The notes under the pieces are model-generated. The model was not told the origin of the DNA and ran no database searches. It saw only the letters and a list, made by a program, of their open reading frames with translations. The position numbers and the translations under genes were made by a program. Below, piece by piece: positions 24,267 through 33,721 of a stretch of DNA of 64,000 bases. Every line of letters starts with the position of its first letter. Within the stretch, counting starts at the first letter, position 1. The DNA is taken from NCBI GenBank assembly GCA_947054455.1, contig CAMRWN010000003.1:30681-94680 (forward strand), read 5' to 3'. The DNA is from an uncultured Alphaproteobacteria bacterium. GTDB lineage: Bacteria; Pseudomonadota; Alphaproteobacteria; Rs-D84.

Positions 24267-27068
24267 TTATTTACCCCATTGGGTTCCGATGACATATTCC
24301 GCCGCCAGCGGTACGGACAGTTTTGCCGCGTTTTCCATGGCGTGTTTAATTTTTGATGCGAATTCGGCGGCAGCCGCGGCATCGCATTCAAATATTATTT
24401 CGTCATGAACCTGCATAATCATGCGGATTTTGTCCGCATTCGGTTTCATTATGTTTTTATCGATTTCAACCATTGCGCGCCGCATCAGGTCTGCTTCGAA
24501 TCCCTGGATGGGGGCGTTTACCGCCGCGCGCATGGCATATGCCCGCATGCGGGGATTTTTTACCTCTGGCAATTCGATGCGACGTCCCCACGGGGTATAC
24601 ACGCACGCGTTTTCCATGGCGAATTCCTTGATTTGGTCTATGTATGTCTTGATTTCCGGCAGTCCCGCCATATAGGAATTTATAACGTCCGCCGCGGCCG
24701 CGCGCGAAACGCCCAGCTGGCCCGACAGGCCGAATGACGAAATCCCGTAAATAATCGAAAAATTGACGGTTTTTGCCGCGCGGCGCAAATCCCGCGGCAC
24801 CGGCGCGTCGGACGCAATGCCAAATATTTTTCTGGCCGTCTGCTCGTGAATGTCCAGGTTGGAATTAAATGTTTCCTTGAACATTTTAACGTTCGCAACA
24901 TCGGCCAGCAGGCGCAGCTGAATCTGGGAATAGTCCGCAGATATCAGAACGCGCTCGTCGGGGGCGATGAAACATTTTCTTATTTCTTCGCCCAGTGCTG
25001 TTTTAATCGGTATATTTTGCAGGTTTGGATCCCGCGAAGACAGGCGCGCGGTATTCGTGCTGGTTTGCAGGTATGTTGTATGAATACGGCCGTCGGATGC
25101 AATTTGGCGCGGCAATGCGTCCGCGTATGTGCCGGCCAGTTTTGCGATTGAACGCCAATTCAGAATTTTTTCAACAATCGGGTGCGCGTCTATGATGTCG
25201 TTCAGGGCGGCGGCGTCTGTGGAACGTTTTTTATTCTCGGGCAGGTGCATTTCATCAAACAAAATGGCGCCCAGTTGTTTGGGACTGGCGATATTGAATT
25301 CGCGGCCCGCCATATCCCATATTTCGCGTTCCAATGCGGACATCTGGTCGTGGAAGACCGCCGACAGATTCTGCAGTCCCGCCTTGTTCACCAGAACGCC
25401 CGCCCGTTCCATCTGCATCAAAATCGGCATCAGCGGTAAATCGCATGTTTCGTACAATTCGCGCAGGCGGCTGTCCGCATCCAACTGGGGACGCATCAGT
25501 TCATACAGGGCCATGCAGACCGTTGCGTCTTCGGCGGCATACGGCGCGGCCGCCGCCAGCGTCAATTCGTCGAAATGGCGGTCTGCGTCGCGTGTTGCGG
25601 CCCCGAACAGCGATGCAAAAGAAATGTTTTCATGTCCCAGATATTTCAGCGCCAGTTCATCCAGCCCGTGTCCGTGCGTCGTCCCGTGCAACGCATAAGA
25701 CAGCAGCATTGTGTCGTCAATCGGCGTGATTTCGGATGTAGGCCAGCCTTCGTTTTCCAAGATATGCAGGTCGTATTTCAAATTATGTCCGACTTTTACG
25801 ATTTCGGGGTTTGTCAGAAACGGCCACAGTTTTTTGCGCACAACGTCAATCGGCATCTGGTTGGGGGCCGTGTCCTGGCCGCCGAACAGGTCTGCGGATT
25901 TTGTTATGTGTCTGATTGGAATGTATGCGCCGCGGCGCGTGTCCGCCGCCAGCGATATTCCGACAATTTTGTCATTCATCGGCGACAGGCCGGTTGTTTC
26001 GGTGTCGAATGCCAGAACATTCTTCACGCGCGCCAGGAATGCATCCAGCTCTTGGGGGGTGGTTATTATCTCGTATTCAGTTGCGACCTGAACGTGCGGG
26101 GCCGCCGGTTGGGGTTGGGCGGGCGTGTCTATGCCGGTGGGACATACTGAGGCCGGATATTGGAATTGCGGCGTCTGGGCGTCCGGGTCGTATTCGGCAA
26201 TTGGAAACATTTTTTCAATCTTTGCGACCAGCGATGCACTTTCCAGTTTTGTTTTTACAAATTCCAGCGCCGCCGGCGTGTTGAATACAAACGGGCGAAT
26301 CTGCAGCCCGTCCAGATTCACATCATCCTTTAGTCTGACCAGCTGTCGTGATATGAACGCCTGTTCCCGGTTGTCGCGCAGCAGTGTGCGTATACGTTCG
26401 TTTTTTACATCTTCCAGATGTTCGTACAGTGCGTCCAGCCCACCGAACTGGTTTATCAGTTCGGATGCTTTTTTCGGCCCGATGCCAGGCACGCCCGGAA
26501 CATTGTCGGTTGCGTCGCCCATCAGACTTTGCACGTCGACGACGTGTTCGGGGTCGACGCCGAATTTTTCCACCACCTGGGGGGCGCGGATTTCGCGTGC
26601 TTTCATCCCGTCATATAGATAGACACAATCCGACACCAGCTGCATCAGGTCCTTGTCGCTGGTGATAATCCGTGTCGTGTCGGTTTTGTTGCAGTTTTCG
26701 CGCGCCAGTGTCGCGATTACGTCGTCCGCTTCGACACCTGGAATGCACAGCACCGGCATCCCCAGCGCGGCCATCGCTTCGCGTATCATTATGCCCTGGG
26801 ATATCAAATCCGCCGGTGTTTCGCTGCGGTTGGCCTTGTATTGCGGATATATGTCCTGACGGAAAGTGATGCGGGATGCGTCGAATATGCACACGAACGA
26901 ATCATCCGGGCCCGCCGCCCCCAGCACGGGCAGAATCATGTTGAAAAATCCGTACACCGCGCCGGTCGGCGTTCCGTCGCGCCGCGTCAGGCGGCTGTGC
27001 ACGCCGTAATAGGCGCGAAACAGCAAAGAATTTCCGTCAATCAGTGTCAGCATGTCTTCCCCCGTCAA
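24267..27068 (-). CDS. polA: DNA polymerase I
   Basis: 933 aa. The 5'-nuclease N-terminus reads LIDGNSLLFRAYY. There is a 3'-5' exonuclease domain (FDTETTGL). Pol motifs include DYSQIQLRLLA and QVHDEIIFE. Confidence 0.95.
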   Translation of the reverse strand: MTGEDMLTLIDGNSLLFRAYYGVHSRLTRRDGTPTGAVYGFFNMILPVLGAAGPDDSFVCIFDASRITFRQDIYPQYKANRSETPADLISQGIMIREAMAALGMPVLCIPGVEADDVIATLARENCNKTDTTRIITSDKDLMQLVSDCVYLYDGMKAREIRAPQVVEKFGVDPEHVVDVQSLMGDATDNVPGVPGIGPKKASELINQFGGLDALYEHLEDVKNERIRTLLRDNREQAFISRQLVRLKDDVNLDGLQIRPFVFNTPAALEFVKTKLESASLVAKIEKMFPIAEYDPDAQTPQFQYPASVCPTGIDTPAQPQPAAPHVQVATEYEIITTPQELDAFLARVKNVLAFDTETTGLSPMNDKIVGISLAADTRRGAYIPIRHITKSADLFGGQDTAPNQMPIDVVRKKLWPFLTNPEIVKVGHNLKYDLHILENEGWPTSEITPIDDTMLLSYALHGTTHGHGLDELALKYLGHENISFASLFGAATRDADRHFDELTLAAAAPYAAEDATVCMALYELMRPQLDADSRLRELYETCDLPLMPILMQMERAGVLVNKAGLQNLSAVFHDQMSALEREIWDMAGREFNIASPKQLGAILFDEMHLPENKKRSTDAAALNDIIDAHPIVEKILNWRSIAKLAGTYADALPRQIASDGRIHTTYLQTSTNTARLSSRDPNLQNIPIKTALGEEIRKCFIAPDERVLISADYSQIQLRLLADVANVKMFKETFNSNLDIHEQTARKIFGIASDAPVPRDLRRAAKTVNFSIIYGISSFGLSGQLGVSRAAAADVINSYMAGLPEIKTYIDQIKEFAMENACVYTPWGRRIELPEVKNPRMRAYAMRAAVNAPIQGFEADLMRRAMVEIDKNIMKPNADKIRMIMQVHDEIIFECDAAAAAEFASKIKHAMENAAKLSVPLAAEYVIGTQWGK

Positions 27069-27105
27069 ACCGGGGGCGCCGCGCGCCCCCGGATATGTGT
27101 TGTAT

Positions 27106-27645
27106 TTAGAATATATAGCGCAATTTCAAACGCATGTCATAGTGCAGGACGTCCGGTTTTACATCCGGTGTTTTGAATACGTCCGCCGCGTAGAGGGCGC
27201 GCGCCTCGGCGTCGATTTTAATCGGCAGTACGGGCACATTGAACGTCAGCCCCAGCATGCCTTGGTATGCGGCGGTGGTTTCAATATCTATGCCATGGGA
27301 TGCATTGCCGCCCAGTATCATGCCGGCGCCCAGACCCAGGTACGGGTTGACAACCAGCATCGGCATCTTTACATACGCATTTATCATGCCCGCATGCAGG
27401 TTCAGGTCCTTTTCATTCAGATAGTTGTATTCCGCTTCGAAGCGAAACAGCGGAATGTCAATCCCCAGAACCGCGCCGTATGCCTGGGCGTTGTCGGTTG
27501 TGTCGTGGTGGTCCGCGAACAATGTCGCCGCACCCGCGCCGGCCGTTGCACCCGCATAAATGTCGAACAATAAATTAGCATTCGCGCTGCCGGCGGCCAG
27601 TATCAATGTTGCCGCGGTCAGAACGCCCGCTGTTTTTAATTTCAT
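27106..27645 (-). CDS. Small 8-strand-type outer-membrane beta-barrel protein
   Basis: Signal peptide MKLKTAGVLTAATLILAAGSANA, alternating hydrophobic pattern, and C-terminal ...LKLRYIF. Confidence 0.7.
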   Translation of the reverse strand: MKLKTAGVLTAATLILAAGSANANLLFDIYAGATAGAGAATLFADHHDTTDNAQAYGAVLGIDIPLFRFEAEYNYLNEKDLNLHAGMINAYVKMPMLVVNPYLGLGAGMILGGNASHGIDIETTAAYQGMLGLTFNVPVLPIKIDAEARALYAADVFKTPDVKPDVLHYDMRLKLRYIF

Positions 27646-27692
27646 ATTTTGCTCCTTTCTATGATATTATAATAGAAAAAAGAGTGGCATAC

Positions 27693-28214
27693 ATGCAAGA
27701 AAATAAACCTGTTTTAATTGTCGGGCTGGGCAATCCGGGGGGGCAATACGCGCGTACGCGTCATAACGCGGGATTTATGGCGGTTGAATTTATGGCCGGG
27801 CCGGACGCATCTTGGAAAAAGGAACATGACGCGATGACGTCGACGGGAAACATTGACGGCCGGCGTGTTATGTTTGCCATGCCGCAGACATACATGAACC
27901 TGTCTGGGAACGCGGTTGGTGCGCTGATGCGCTTTTACAAGATTCCGCTGGAAAATCTGATTGTGATTCACGACGACATGGATCTGCCGATTGGCACCGT
28001 CCGGACCAAGGTCGGCGGCGGCAGTGCAGGGCACAACGGTATAAAGTCAATTGACACTGCCGTCGGCAACGAATACCGCCGCATAAGAATGGGCATCGGC
28101 CATCCCCGGGAACTGGGGCTGCCGATAAGTCCGGCGGACTGGGTTTTGGGAAAATTTACAGACGAACAGGCTGAATTGCTGCGCGGTGCGATTGAAACAT
28201 TAAAATTGTTTTGA
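27693..28214 (+). CDS. pth: Peptidyl-tRNA hydrolase
   Basis: MQENKPVLIVGLGNPGGQYARTRHNAGF... matches Pth. The track ORF (27606) carries a spurious N-terminal extension. Confidence 0.92.
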   Translation: MQENKPVLIVGLGNPGGQYARTRHNAGFMAVEFMAGPDASWKKEHDAMTSTGNIDGRRVMFAMPQTYMNLSGNAVGALMRFYKIPLENLIVIHDDMDLPIGTVRTKVGGGSAGHNGIKSIDTAVGNEYRRIRMGIGHPRELGLPISPADWVLGKFTDEQAELLRGAIETLKLF

Positions 28215-28216
28215 TT

Positions 28217-29476
28217 TTACCGCACTGCCGTTGCTGTAGGCGGGTTGTAGTGTAGATTTTTATTTGACGGCAGCGTGAAACAATTAGTTCCGTTATCGGT
28301 GCAGAATTTTGTGCCACCCGTGCCGGGCACCATGATGCAGTCTTTGATTGACTCCTTTCCTGCGCCGTCCGTTGTCGCGCCCAGCGGACATGGGTGCGGG
28401 CCGTTATCATCACAGTAATACCCTTTGGGGCAATCACCAATGATTGCTATTAGTTTAAGCTTTGGTGGCGAAGCCAGGTCTTTGTCTTTATCCGGGAAAT
28501 TTGACATGATTTTTGTGTCTATGTCGTCGGTTAGTGATAGTTTTTTTTGTGAATCATCGTCTATATGGTCGCACCCTTCAAAACAATACCAAAAGTCAAA
28601 ATATTTTCCTTTATCAGCTGGCAAATCTGTTTTGTTTGGCTCCCGCACCGGGCAAGATTGATCGATTGTGCAAGTTTGCAGCATATATGTGCTGTTGTCA
28701 TCTTCCTTATAATAATATTCTACCGTGTATGAGGCGGGTTCCCATTGCGCATACAGGGTTGTTTCCGGGGTGGTAAATGTGCAGGCATTTATGCCTGCTT
28801 CGCGACGTCCTAGCACGTTAAAATACTTTGTGCCGCCGGTGGCTTCGGTAAAATATCCGGTAAATTTTTTTGACCAATTTGGATTTTCTGGGATTGAATC
28901 CGCTCCAGGATCTTGCTTCCAGCCATCTGAACCCGATGGATCATTAGTGTATGAAAAACCATTCATGCAATATGCCCACCATTCTTTCTGGGTATTGTCG
29001 CCGCGATTTCTTTTTAATATGATTTTGACAGGTACAGGTGTGCAATAAGTGTATTCTGATGTCTCCGGAGTTAGAGGGTCGTCTGGGAAGTCGCCATTCC
29101 AATAATTTTCGCCGTCAAATCTTATGGTTGTCGCAGGCGCCCATTCATTTCCGGCACATGGAACGCAGCCTAATTTCCCATCAACCTTATGTTTTTCGTT
29201 GCATGATATTGTCCATGGACAATTATCTGCAGCGGTTCCAGGGCCGGTCGCCGTGGCGCCGTTTGGTATATTGGTACAGGACTCGCATTTATTGTCTTTG
29301 GCATATTGGCCATTGGCGCAAGGAATACATCCCAGAGTCGTATATATACAATGATTATCCCGGCAGGATTGTTCCGAATCGTTGAATTGTGCGCAATTAT
29401 CAACCCACGCTGTCGCGCAATTTATGGAAAAAGTTAAAAATGCAATGAATATAATTTTTTTCATTCTCAAAATCAT
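28217..29476 (-). CDS. Cys-rich secreted protein with furin/GCC2-GCC3-like Cys modules and Listeria-Bacteroides-type repeats
   Basis: Signal peptide M(ILRM)KKIIFIAFLTFSINCATA; the start is at 29476 or 29464. Cys modules are CIPCANGQYAKDNKCESC...GATATGPGTAADNC and CPKGYYCDDNGPHPCPLGATTDGAGKESIKDC. The central FTGYFTEATGGTKYF....TTLYAQW / YTVEY fits the List_Bact repeat pattern. The track N-terminus runs through a terminator. Confidence 0.65.
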   Translation of the reverse strand: MILRMKKIIFIAFLTFSINCATAWVDNCAQFNDSEQSCRDNHCIYTTLGCIPCANGQYAKDNKCESCTNIPNGATATGPGTAADNCPWTISCNEKHKVDGKLGCVPCAGNEWAPATTIRFDGENYWNGDFPDDPLTPETSEYTYCTPVPVKIILKRNRGDNTQKEWWAYCMNGFSYTNDPSGSDGWKQDPGADSIPENPNWSKKFTGYFTEATGGTKYFNVLGRREAGINACTFTTPETTLYAQWEPASYTVEYYYKEDDNSTYMLQTCTIDQSCPVREPNKTDLPADKGKYFDFWYCFEGCDHIDDDSQKKLSLTDDIDTKIMSNFPDKDKDLASPPKLKLIAIIGDCPKGYYCDDNGPHPCPLGATTDGAGKESIKDCIMVPGTGGTKFCTDNGTNCFTLPSNKNLHYNPPTATAVR

Positions 29477-29502
29477 GCTAGAAAAACGGGTGGGCAAAAG
29501 CA

Positions 29503-29529
29503 ATAAAAAAAATCCGGTTGAAACCGGAT
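29503..29529 (-). terminator. Intrinsic terminator after the lipoprotein gene
   Basis: tccggtt/aaccgga hairpin flanked by A and T runs. Confidence 0.65.
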
Positions 29530-29532
29530 TTT

Positions 29533-29976
29533 TTATTTTTGTTTTTGATATTTTTTGTTGATTGTCCAACCTTGCTGTGTAAGCCACAGGCTGTCGGACG
29601 GGACCTTTGCCGCTTCGCCCAGTTTAAAATTAAAATCGCCACGCCCACGAAGTTTAGGAGACATTTTAATACGTGGCCGCATAAAATTATCACAAAAAAA
29701 AGCAATATTTTCTGAGAGGGCTCTATCCCAATCTCCTTCCGCAACCATATATATAGATTCGACGGATGGGTCATTGATATATTGTTGTAATATTTCAATC
29801 GACAGTCTTTCATCACCGGTAGTAACTGTAAACGGCAGTTCAACATCGTGTTTCGGGCCGGTGTAAGGCTTTTCGTTTTCTATTTTTTTACATGCCGGCA
29901 ACAATGTCGCCCCCGCCAGGGCCAGCATCGGCACCGCCTTTTTTATGTTATACGGAAAAATCTTTTTGAATTGCAT
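29533..29976 (-). CDS. Lipoprotein of unknown function (147 aa)
   Basis: The ATG at 29976 is preceded by aaggag. Signal peptide with lipobox: MQFKKIFPYNIKKAVPMLALAGATLLPAC. The longer track ORF (to 30123) has no SD. Confidence 0.65.
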   Translation of the reverse strand: MQFKKIFPYNIKKAVPMLALAGATLLPACKKIENEKPYTGPKHDVELPFTVTTGDERLSIEILQQYINDPSVESIYMVAEGDWDRALSENIAFFCDNFMRPRIKMSPKLRGRGDFNFKLGEAAKVPSDSLWLTQQGWTINKKYQKQK

Positions 29977-30261
29977 TTCGCACTCCTTGGTTTTTACCTT
30001 TTTTCGGAAAGAGAAAACTTTCCTGTGATACAAACAAAAAAGCCCGGCAAAAAACCGGACTTTTCCATTAATATCGGTTGACAGCATATTCCCACGCAAC
30101 GCCACGGGCGTTTGATACGGCATAAAAGACGCAAATAATTGGTATCATTGCAACCTTTGCTGTAATATGGTCATATGCTCTTGTTCAATATTAATTTTAA
30201 TATGAAAAAAGTCTGTTTGTCAAGAAATAAAGCAAAAACAGCCTGTTATATGAATTTTATC

Positions 30262-33200
30262 TTATTTGGCGACCGGGCTATAGTCAACCATCCATTTTGT
30301 TTTGTATAGTGCATTTGTTCCATTTTTATCCAAATATGGGCATTTTTCGAAGCGAACAAATCTCCATGCGTCGCTTTTCTCAGCTTTTTCTGCCGTTATT
30401 TTGCATGTATTCTGTTCGCCGTTTGCGGATTTAGGCTTGTATTGGAACGATAACAGCGGATTGCTGGTCTGGGGATTTGTCGATGTTGGCGGTGTCAAAT
30501 AACGATATGAGCCATTTCCTATGCTAAACAGTATGTATTGGCCGTCGCACTGTACGGTTTTCCCAGATGGATAATTTGCATCTTCTGTCGTTGCATTTTC
30601 CGTTCCGTGTGGTGCCGTATCGCTTAGGCAATACAGGTAATTATAAGCAGGGATACTATCCTCGTATTCGGTTTTGGGAGTTATATATACATATGACACA
30701 ACAAAGTGCATGTTGTGGCTGTTGGCATTGGCCGGCACGCAAAATTTTATTTTTTTATCCGATGTTTGTAGGGTACCAAAGTAATCGGTTATGCTTGTGC
30801 TCAAATTAGTCTCTATTACTCCATTCGTACAGCAATTGCCCATGCTGTCCAGTTCGCCGGCCGTGCCGTCCGCCTTGATGCAGCAGTTTTCCAAATAATA
30901 ATCATTAAATACCGACGGCGGGTTTGAATTTATTTTTTCATAATCGGCGCTGCATGCCTGGCCGTCGCCCTTGGATACCATTGAATCCGGTACGCAAACC
31001 AATGCGCCGTTGCTGTCAATGCTGGATACAAAGCCGATTCCGCAGCTGGTGTCGCGGCAGCTGTCATCGCGGTTCTGGGTGCCTGTATTGACCGCAAACC
31101 ATGACAACAATGTCGATGTGGAAGAATCAACCGGCGTGCGGATGCGGTTGTGGCTGCCCGCGCTGTTAAGCTGTTTGTCGGATGATACCTCGCAGTTGCC
31201 CCACAGGCTTTCCGACAGGCGGCACACCTTGCACTGGTGTGAATTCGGCTGCTGGCATTCGGTGGTGCAAATGTCATGGACGCAGTTCATTGCGATTACT
31301 TTTCCGTTTTCGTCGCGCAGCGGACGCAGTTCGCACGACTGTGTGGTGTCGGATTCAGCATACGTGGTCTGGGGGGCGTTTGTTATTTCCGGCGGCGGCG
31401 TTTTGCCGTACAACTGGCCATAGAAGGAGTTTGTGCCGGCATCCAGCAGGCCGCGTTTGTCCAGTTGCGCCATTATGTTGCTGATTGCCTCTTCGCCCGC
31501 GCTGTCGACACAGTTTTTAACCTCGTTCCAGCAGGCCGAGCGGTTGATTATCGATTTGCGGTTGACCGATGTCTGGATGTTTTCACACAGACCGAAATTG
31601 CCGGAAATAGATTTGCATGCCTGGATGATGCAGGCGCGTCCAACCTCGCGGCAGGTCTGCATGATGGTTTCATACGTGGTGTCTGTCGCGATTTCGGTCA
31701 TGCCGCCAATCCATTCGTCCGCGCCGCCGCCCGTCGATTCCAGCAGCGCCGTGCATGCCATGCGCACATCGGCGCACATCGCGTTTACCGTCTTGTTTGC
31801 GTCGACGCCGAACGTTGACAGCGCGCGCGCGTCAAAGTCGGCCAATGATTTTGCCGTCTCGGACAGGCACTGGGTGGTCAGTGTGGTGCAGCTTTGGCGC
31901 ATTGTTTCCAGTTTGTCGTCCTGGGCCAGTTTTATCTGCGCCAGCGCGTCTTCAATAAATTCATCCCATACGTAATCGGAAATATCCTGGCAGTTTTCCA
32001 TCGCCGGGGCCAAAAACTTTTTCTTGGAATTCAGAAAAGATACGAACGTGTCGTTGCCGGGCGCGGTTGTCCATGTCTGGCCGGCGTCGGGGCGTTTTAT
32101 CAGATTGGCCAGATTCGCCAGTTCCACCGTCAGGAACGCTTCGCCGGTCGACGGGTCTATGTATCGGCCCGACGTGTCCAGACACTTGGTCAAATCAGTG
32201 CCGCAAACCGAAGAATCCGTCAGCATGTCCAGCATCTTCTTTTTGCAGGTCAATATGTCGTCCGAATTGCGCTTTTGATATATGTCCAGACGCGACATGT
32301 CCAGCAATGCGCCGCCTTCGCGCAGTTTTTCGCGCGCCTGGTCGGTCTGGGTCTGGTACGATTTGGCGACGGTGTTGCAGTCCTGTTCGATTGTCATCTG
32401 GTATCCGCTTTCCGCGATAGCCAGTTCATCTTCGCTGCAAACCTCTTGCGCCATTTGGCGGCATACCGGCAGGGCGGCTGAATACAGGGCGGTTCCGCTT
32501 TTGCCGGTGGTTGATGCCCCCAGCATCGAATCGACGCTGTCGAATGCGGCGTCTGCGTTCAGCGACCACGACAGCGATGACAGGTTGGTGTCAAAATTAC
32601 TGCTGTCAAAGCTGGTGTTTAGCTTCTTGGCGATTTCATCCAGCATCTTTTTTGATGCGGACGTGTCTTTTTGATTGAACGCCTGTTCACCCTCGGTCGC
32701 TTTGAACAATGCATCTGCGTCTTCCTTGTCCATGTTGACGGTCAGCAGACGTTGGTTGAAATCCAGCATTTTTTCTTCAACATCGGACAGTTGCCGCTTG
32801 TATTTGTCAAATTCGTTTGCACGGGACGAACATGCGCAACGCCGCAGCTGTGCATCCTTGTTCGCGCAAAATTCATCCATGCAGTCGTAATACACCTCGC
32901 GGCATTTGGAATAGTTTTTGGATATTACGTCTTCACGGGTCAGGGCGGCGCTGCGTGCGATTTGCGTGGCGCCCGCGCGTGATGTGGTGGCGGCCCGCGA
33001 CGGGGTTCTGGATGTTGTGGCGGTGCGCGATGTAGCCGTGCGCGTGGCCGCGCGCGATGCGGTTGCGTGGGATGTTGTGGCGGTGCGCGACACTGTTGCA
33101 CTGGGGCGCGATGCGGCGGTTCGTGCGGTGGTGGAATTGGTTTGCGTCGCGCGTGATTGAACGCCGGCAGCGGTTCGTGCGGCCACGCCCGTGGATGCGG

Positions 33201-33480
33201 CGCGATTTTCAGTTCTTATCACGACCGCGTTGCCGCGCGGGCTGGTATCGGTGGCGCGTTCGCGCACGGACGGCGCGGCGCCGGTCTGGTTTGTCGCGCG
33301 CGAAACCGTTGTCGGGGCGGTGGTGTCTGCGTTGCCGGTTTTCTGGCGTGAAGATACGACAACGCCGGCCGCAGTACGGCGCGCGGCGGCGCGCGCGGCG
33401 TCCGCTGCATCTTCTGCATGCGCGCCCCAAAACGCAAGCGGGGCAAGGCATGCAGCCAAAATCAGCTTGATTCCTTTCAT
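30262..33480 (-). CDS. Giant Cys-rich secreted protein, paralog 4 (1072 aa)
   Basis: Signal peptide MKGIKLILAACLAPLAFWGAHA. About 170 aa of T/S/A/R-rich repeats follow. Head motif KCREVYYDCMDEFCANKDAQLRRCACSS. A long Cys-paired region follows, and the AT-rich 3' third encodes a distinct Cys-rich C-terminal region. Confidence 0.85.
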   Translation of the reverse strand: MKGIKLILAACLAPLAFWGAHAEDAADAARAAARRTAAGVVVSSRQKTGNADTTAPTTVSRATNQTGAAPSVRERATDTSPRGNAVVIRTENRAASTGVAARTAAGVQSRATQTNSTTARTAASRPSATVSRTATTSHATASRAATRTATSRTATTSRTPSRAATTSRAGATQIARSAALTREDVISKNYSKCREVYYDCMDEFCANKDAQLRRCACSSRANEFDKYKRQLSDVEEKMLDFNQRLLTVNMDKEDADALFKATEGEQAFNQKDTSASKKMLDEIAKKLNTSFDSSNFDTNLSSLSWSLNADAAFDSVDSMLGASTTGKSGTALYSAALPVCRQMAQEVCSEDELAIAESGYQMTIEQDCNTVAKSYQTQTDQAREKLREGGALLDMSRLDIYQKRNSDDILTCKKKMLDMLTDSSVCGTDLTKCLDTSGRYIDPSTGEAFLTVELANLANLIKRPDAGQTWTTAPGNDTFVSFLNSKKKFLAPAMENCQDISDYVWDEFIEDALAQIKLAQDDKLETMRQSCTTLTTQCLSETAKSLADFDARALSTFGVDANKTVNAMCADVRMACTALLESTGGGADEWIGGMTEIATDTTYETIMQTCREVGRACIIQACKSISGNFGLCENIQTSVNRKSIINRSACWNEVKNCVDSAGEEAISNIMAQLDKRGLLDAGTNSFYGQLYGKTPPPEITNAPQTTYAESDTTQSCELRPLRDENGKVIAMNCVHDICTTECQQPNSHQCKVCRLSESLWGNCEVSSDKQLNSAGSHNRIRTPVDSSTSTLLSWFAVNTGTQNRDDSCRDTSCGIGFVSSIDSNGALVCVPDSMVSKGDGQACSADYEKINSNPPSVFNDYYLENCCIKADGTAGELDSMGNCCTNGVIETNLSTSITDYFGTLQTSDKKIKFCVPANANSHNMHFVVSYVYITPKTEYEDSIPAYNYLYCLSDTAPHGTENATTEDANYPSGKTVQCDGQYILFSIGNGSYRYLTPPTSTNPQTSNPLLSFQYKPKSANGEQNTCKITAEKAEKSDAWRFVRFEKCPYLDKNGTNALYKTKWMVDYSPVAK
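33010..33090. repeat. 60-bp-period repeat inside paralog 4 (encodes an RTATTSR-type spacer)
   Basis: ggatgttgtggcggtgcgcga occurs at 33010-33030 and again at 33070-33090. Confidence 0.75.
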
Positions 33481-33548
33481 TCTTTATATGTATATGTTAG
33501 CAAATTTATAAAAAGACGGGCAAGGGGAAAATCAATATTATTGAATGA

Positions 33549-33633
33549 TGGTGCGGCCAAGGGGACTTGAACCCCTAAGGATTTCTCCACAGCATCCTTA
33601 GTGCTGCGCGTCTACCAGTTTCGCCATGGCCGC
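33549..33633 (-). tRNA. tRNA-Leu, class II, apparent anticodon AAG
   Basis: Reverse complement reads GCGGCCA-UG-GCGAAACUGGUAGACGC-G-CAGCA-CUAAGGA-UGCUG-variable arm-GGGGUUCAAGUCCCC-UUGGCCGC-ACCA. The 7-nt loop C-U-AAG-G-A places AAG at positions 34-36. Confidence 0.8.
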
Positions 33634-33721
33634 GTAAAATAAATTTTACAAAGAAGCTGTTTTATTTTCAACCTTTTTATGATATATTGATAAAGATAAT
33701 TATAACACAAGGAATTTTAAT

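Noticed and set aside
29477-30123. N-terminal extensions of track ORFs (28217-29587 and 29533-30123, and likewise 52539-53540, 53412-54992, 27606-28214 and 47726-48655).
   Set aside because: The extensions run through intrinsic terminators or lack SD sequences. Internal ATGs preceded by AAGGAG-type SDs give proper signal peptides or canonical N-termini.
28215-33548. A genomic island integrated at the 3' end of tRNA-Leu (33549-33633).
   Set aside because: The segment is AT-rich in parts and full of accessory exported proteins. However, I found no direct repeat of the tRNA 3' end near 28215, and no integrase. The composition is noted in the findings, but an island call is not supported.
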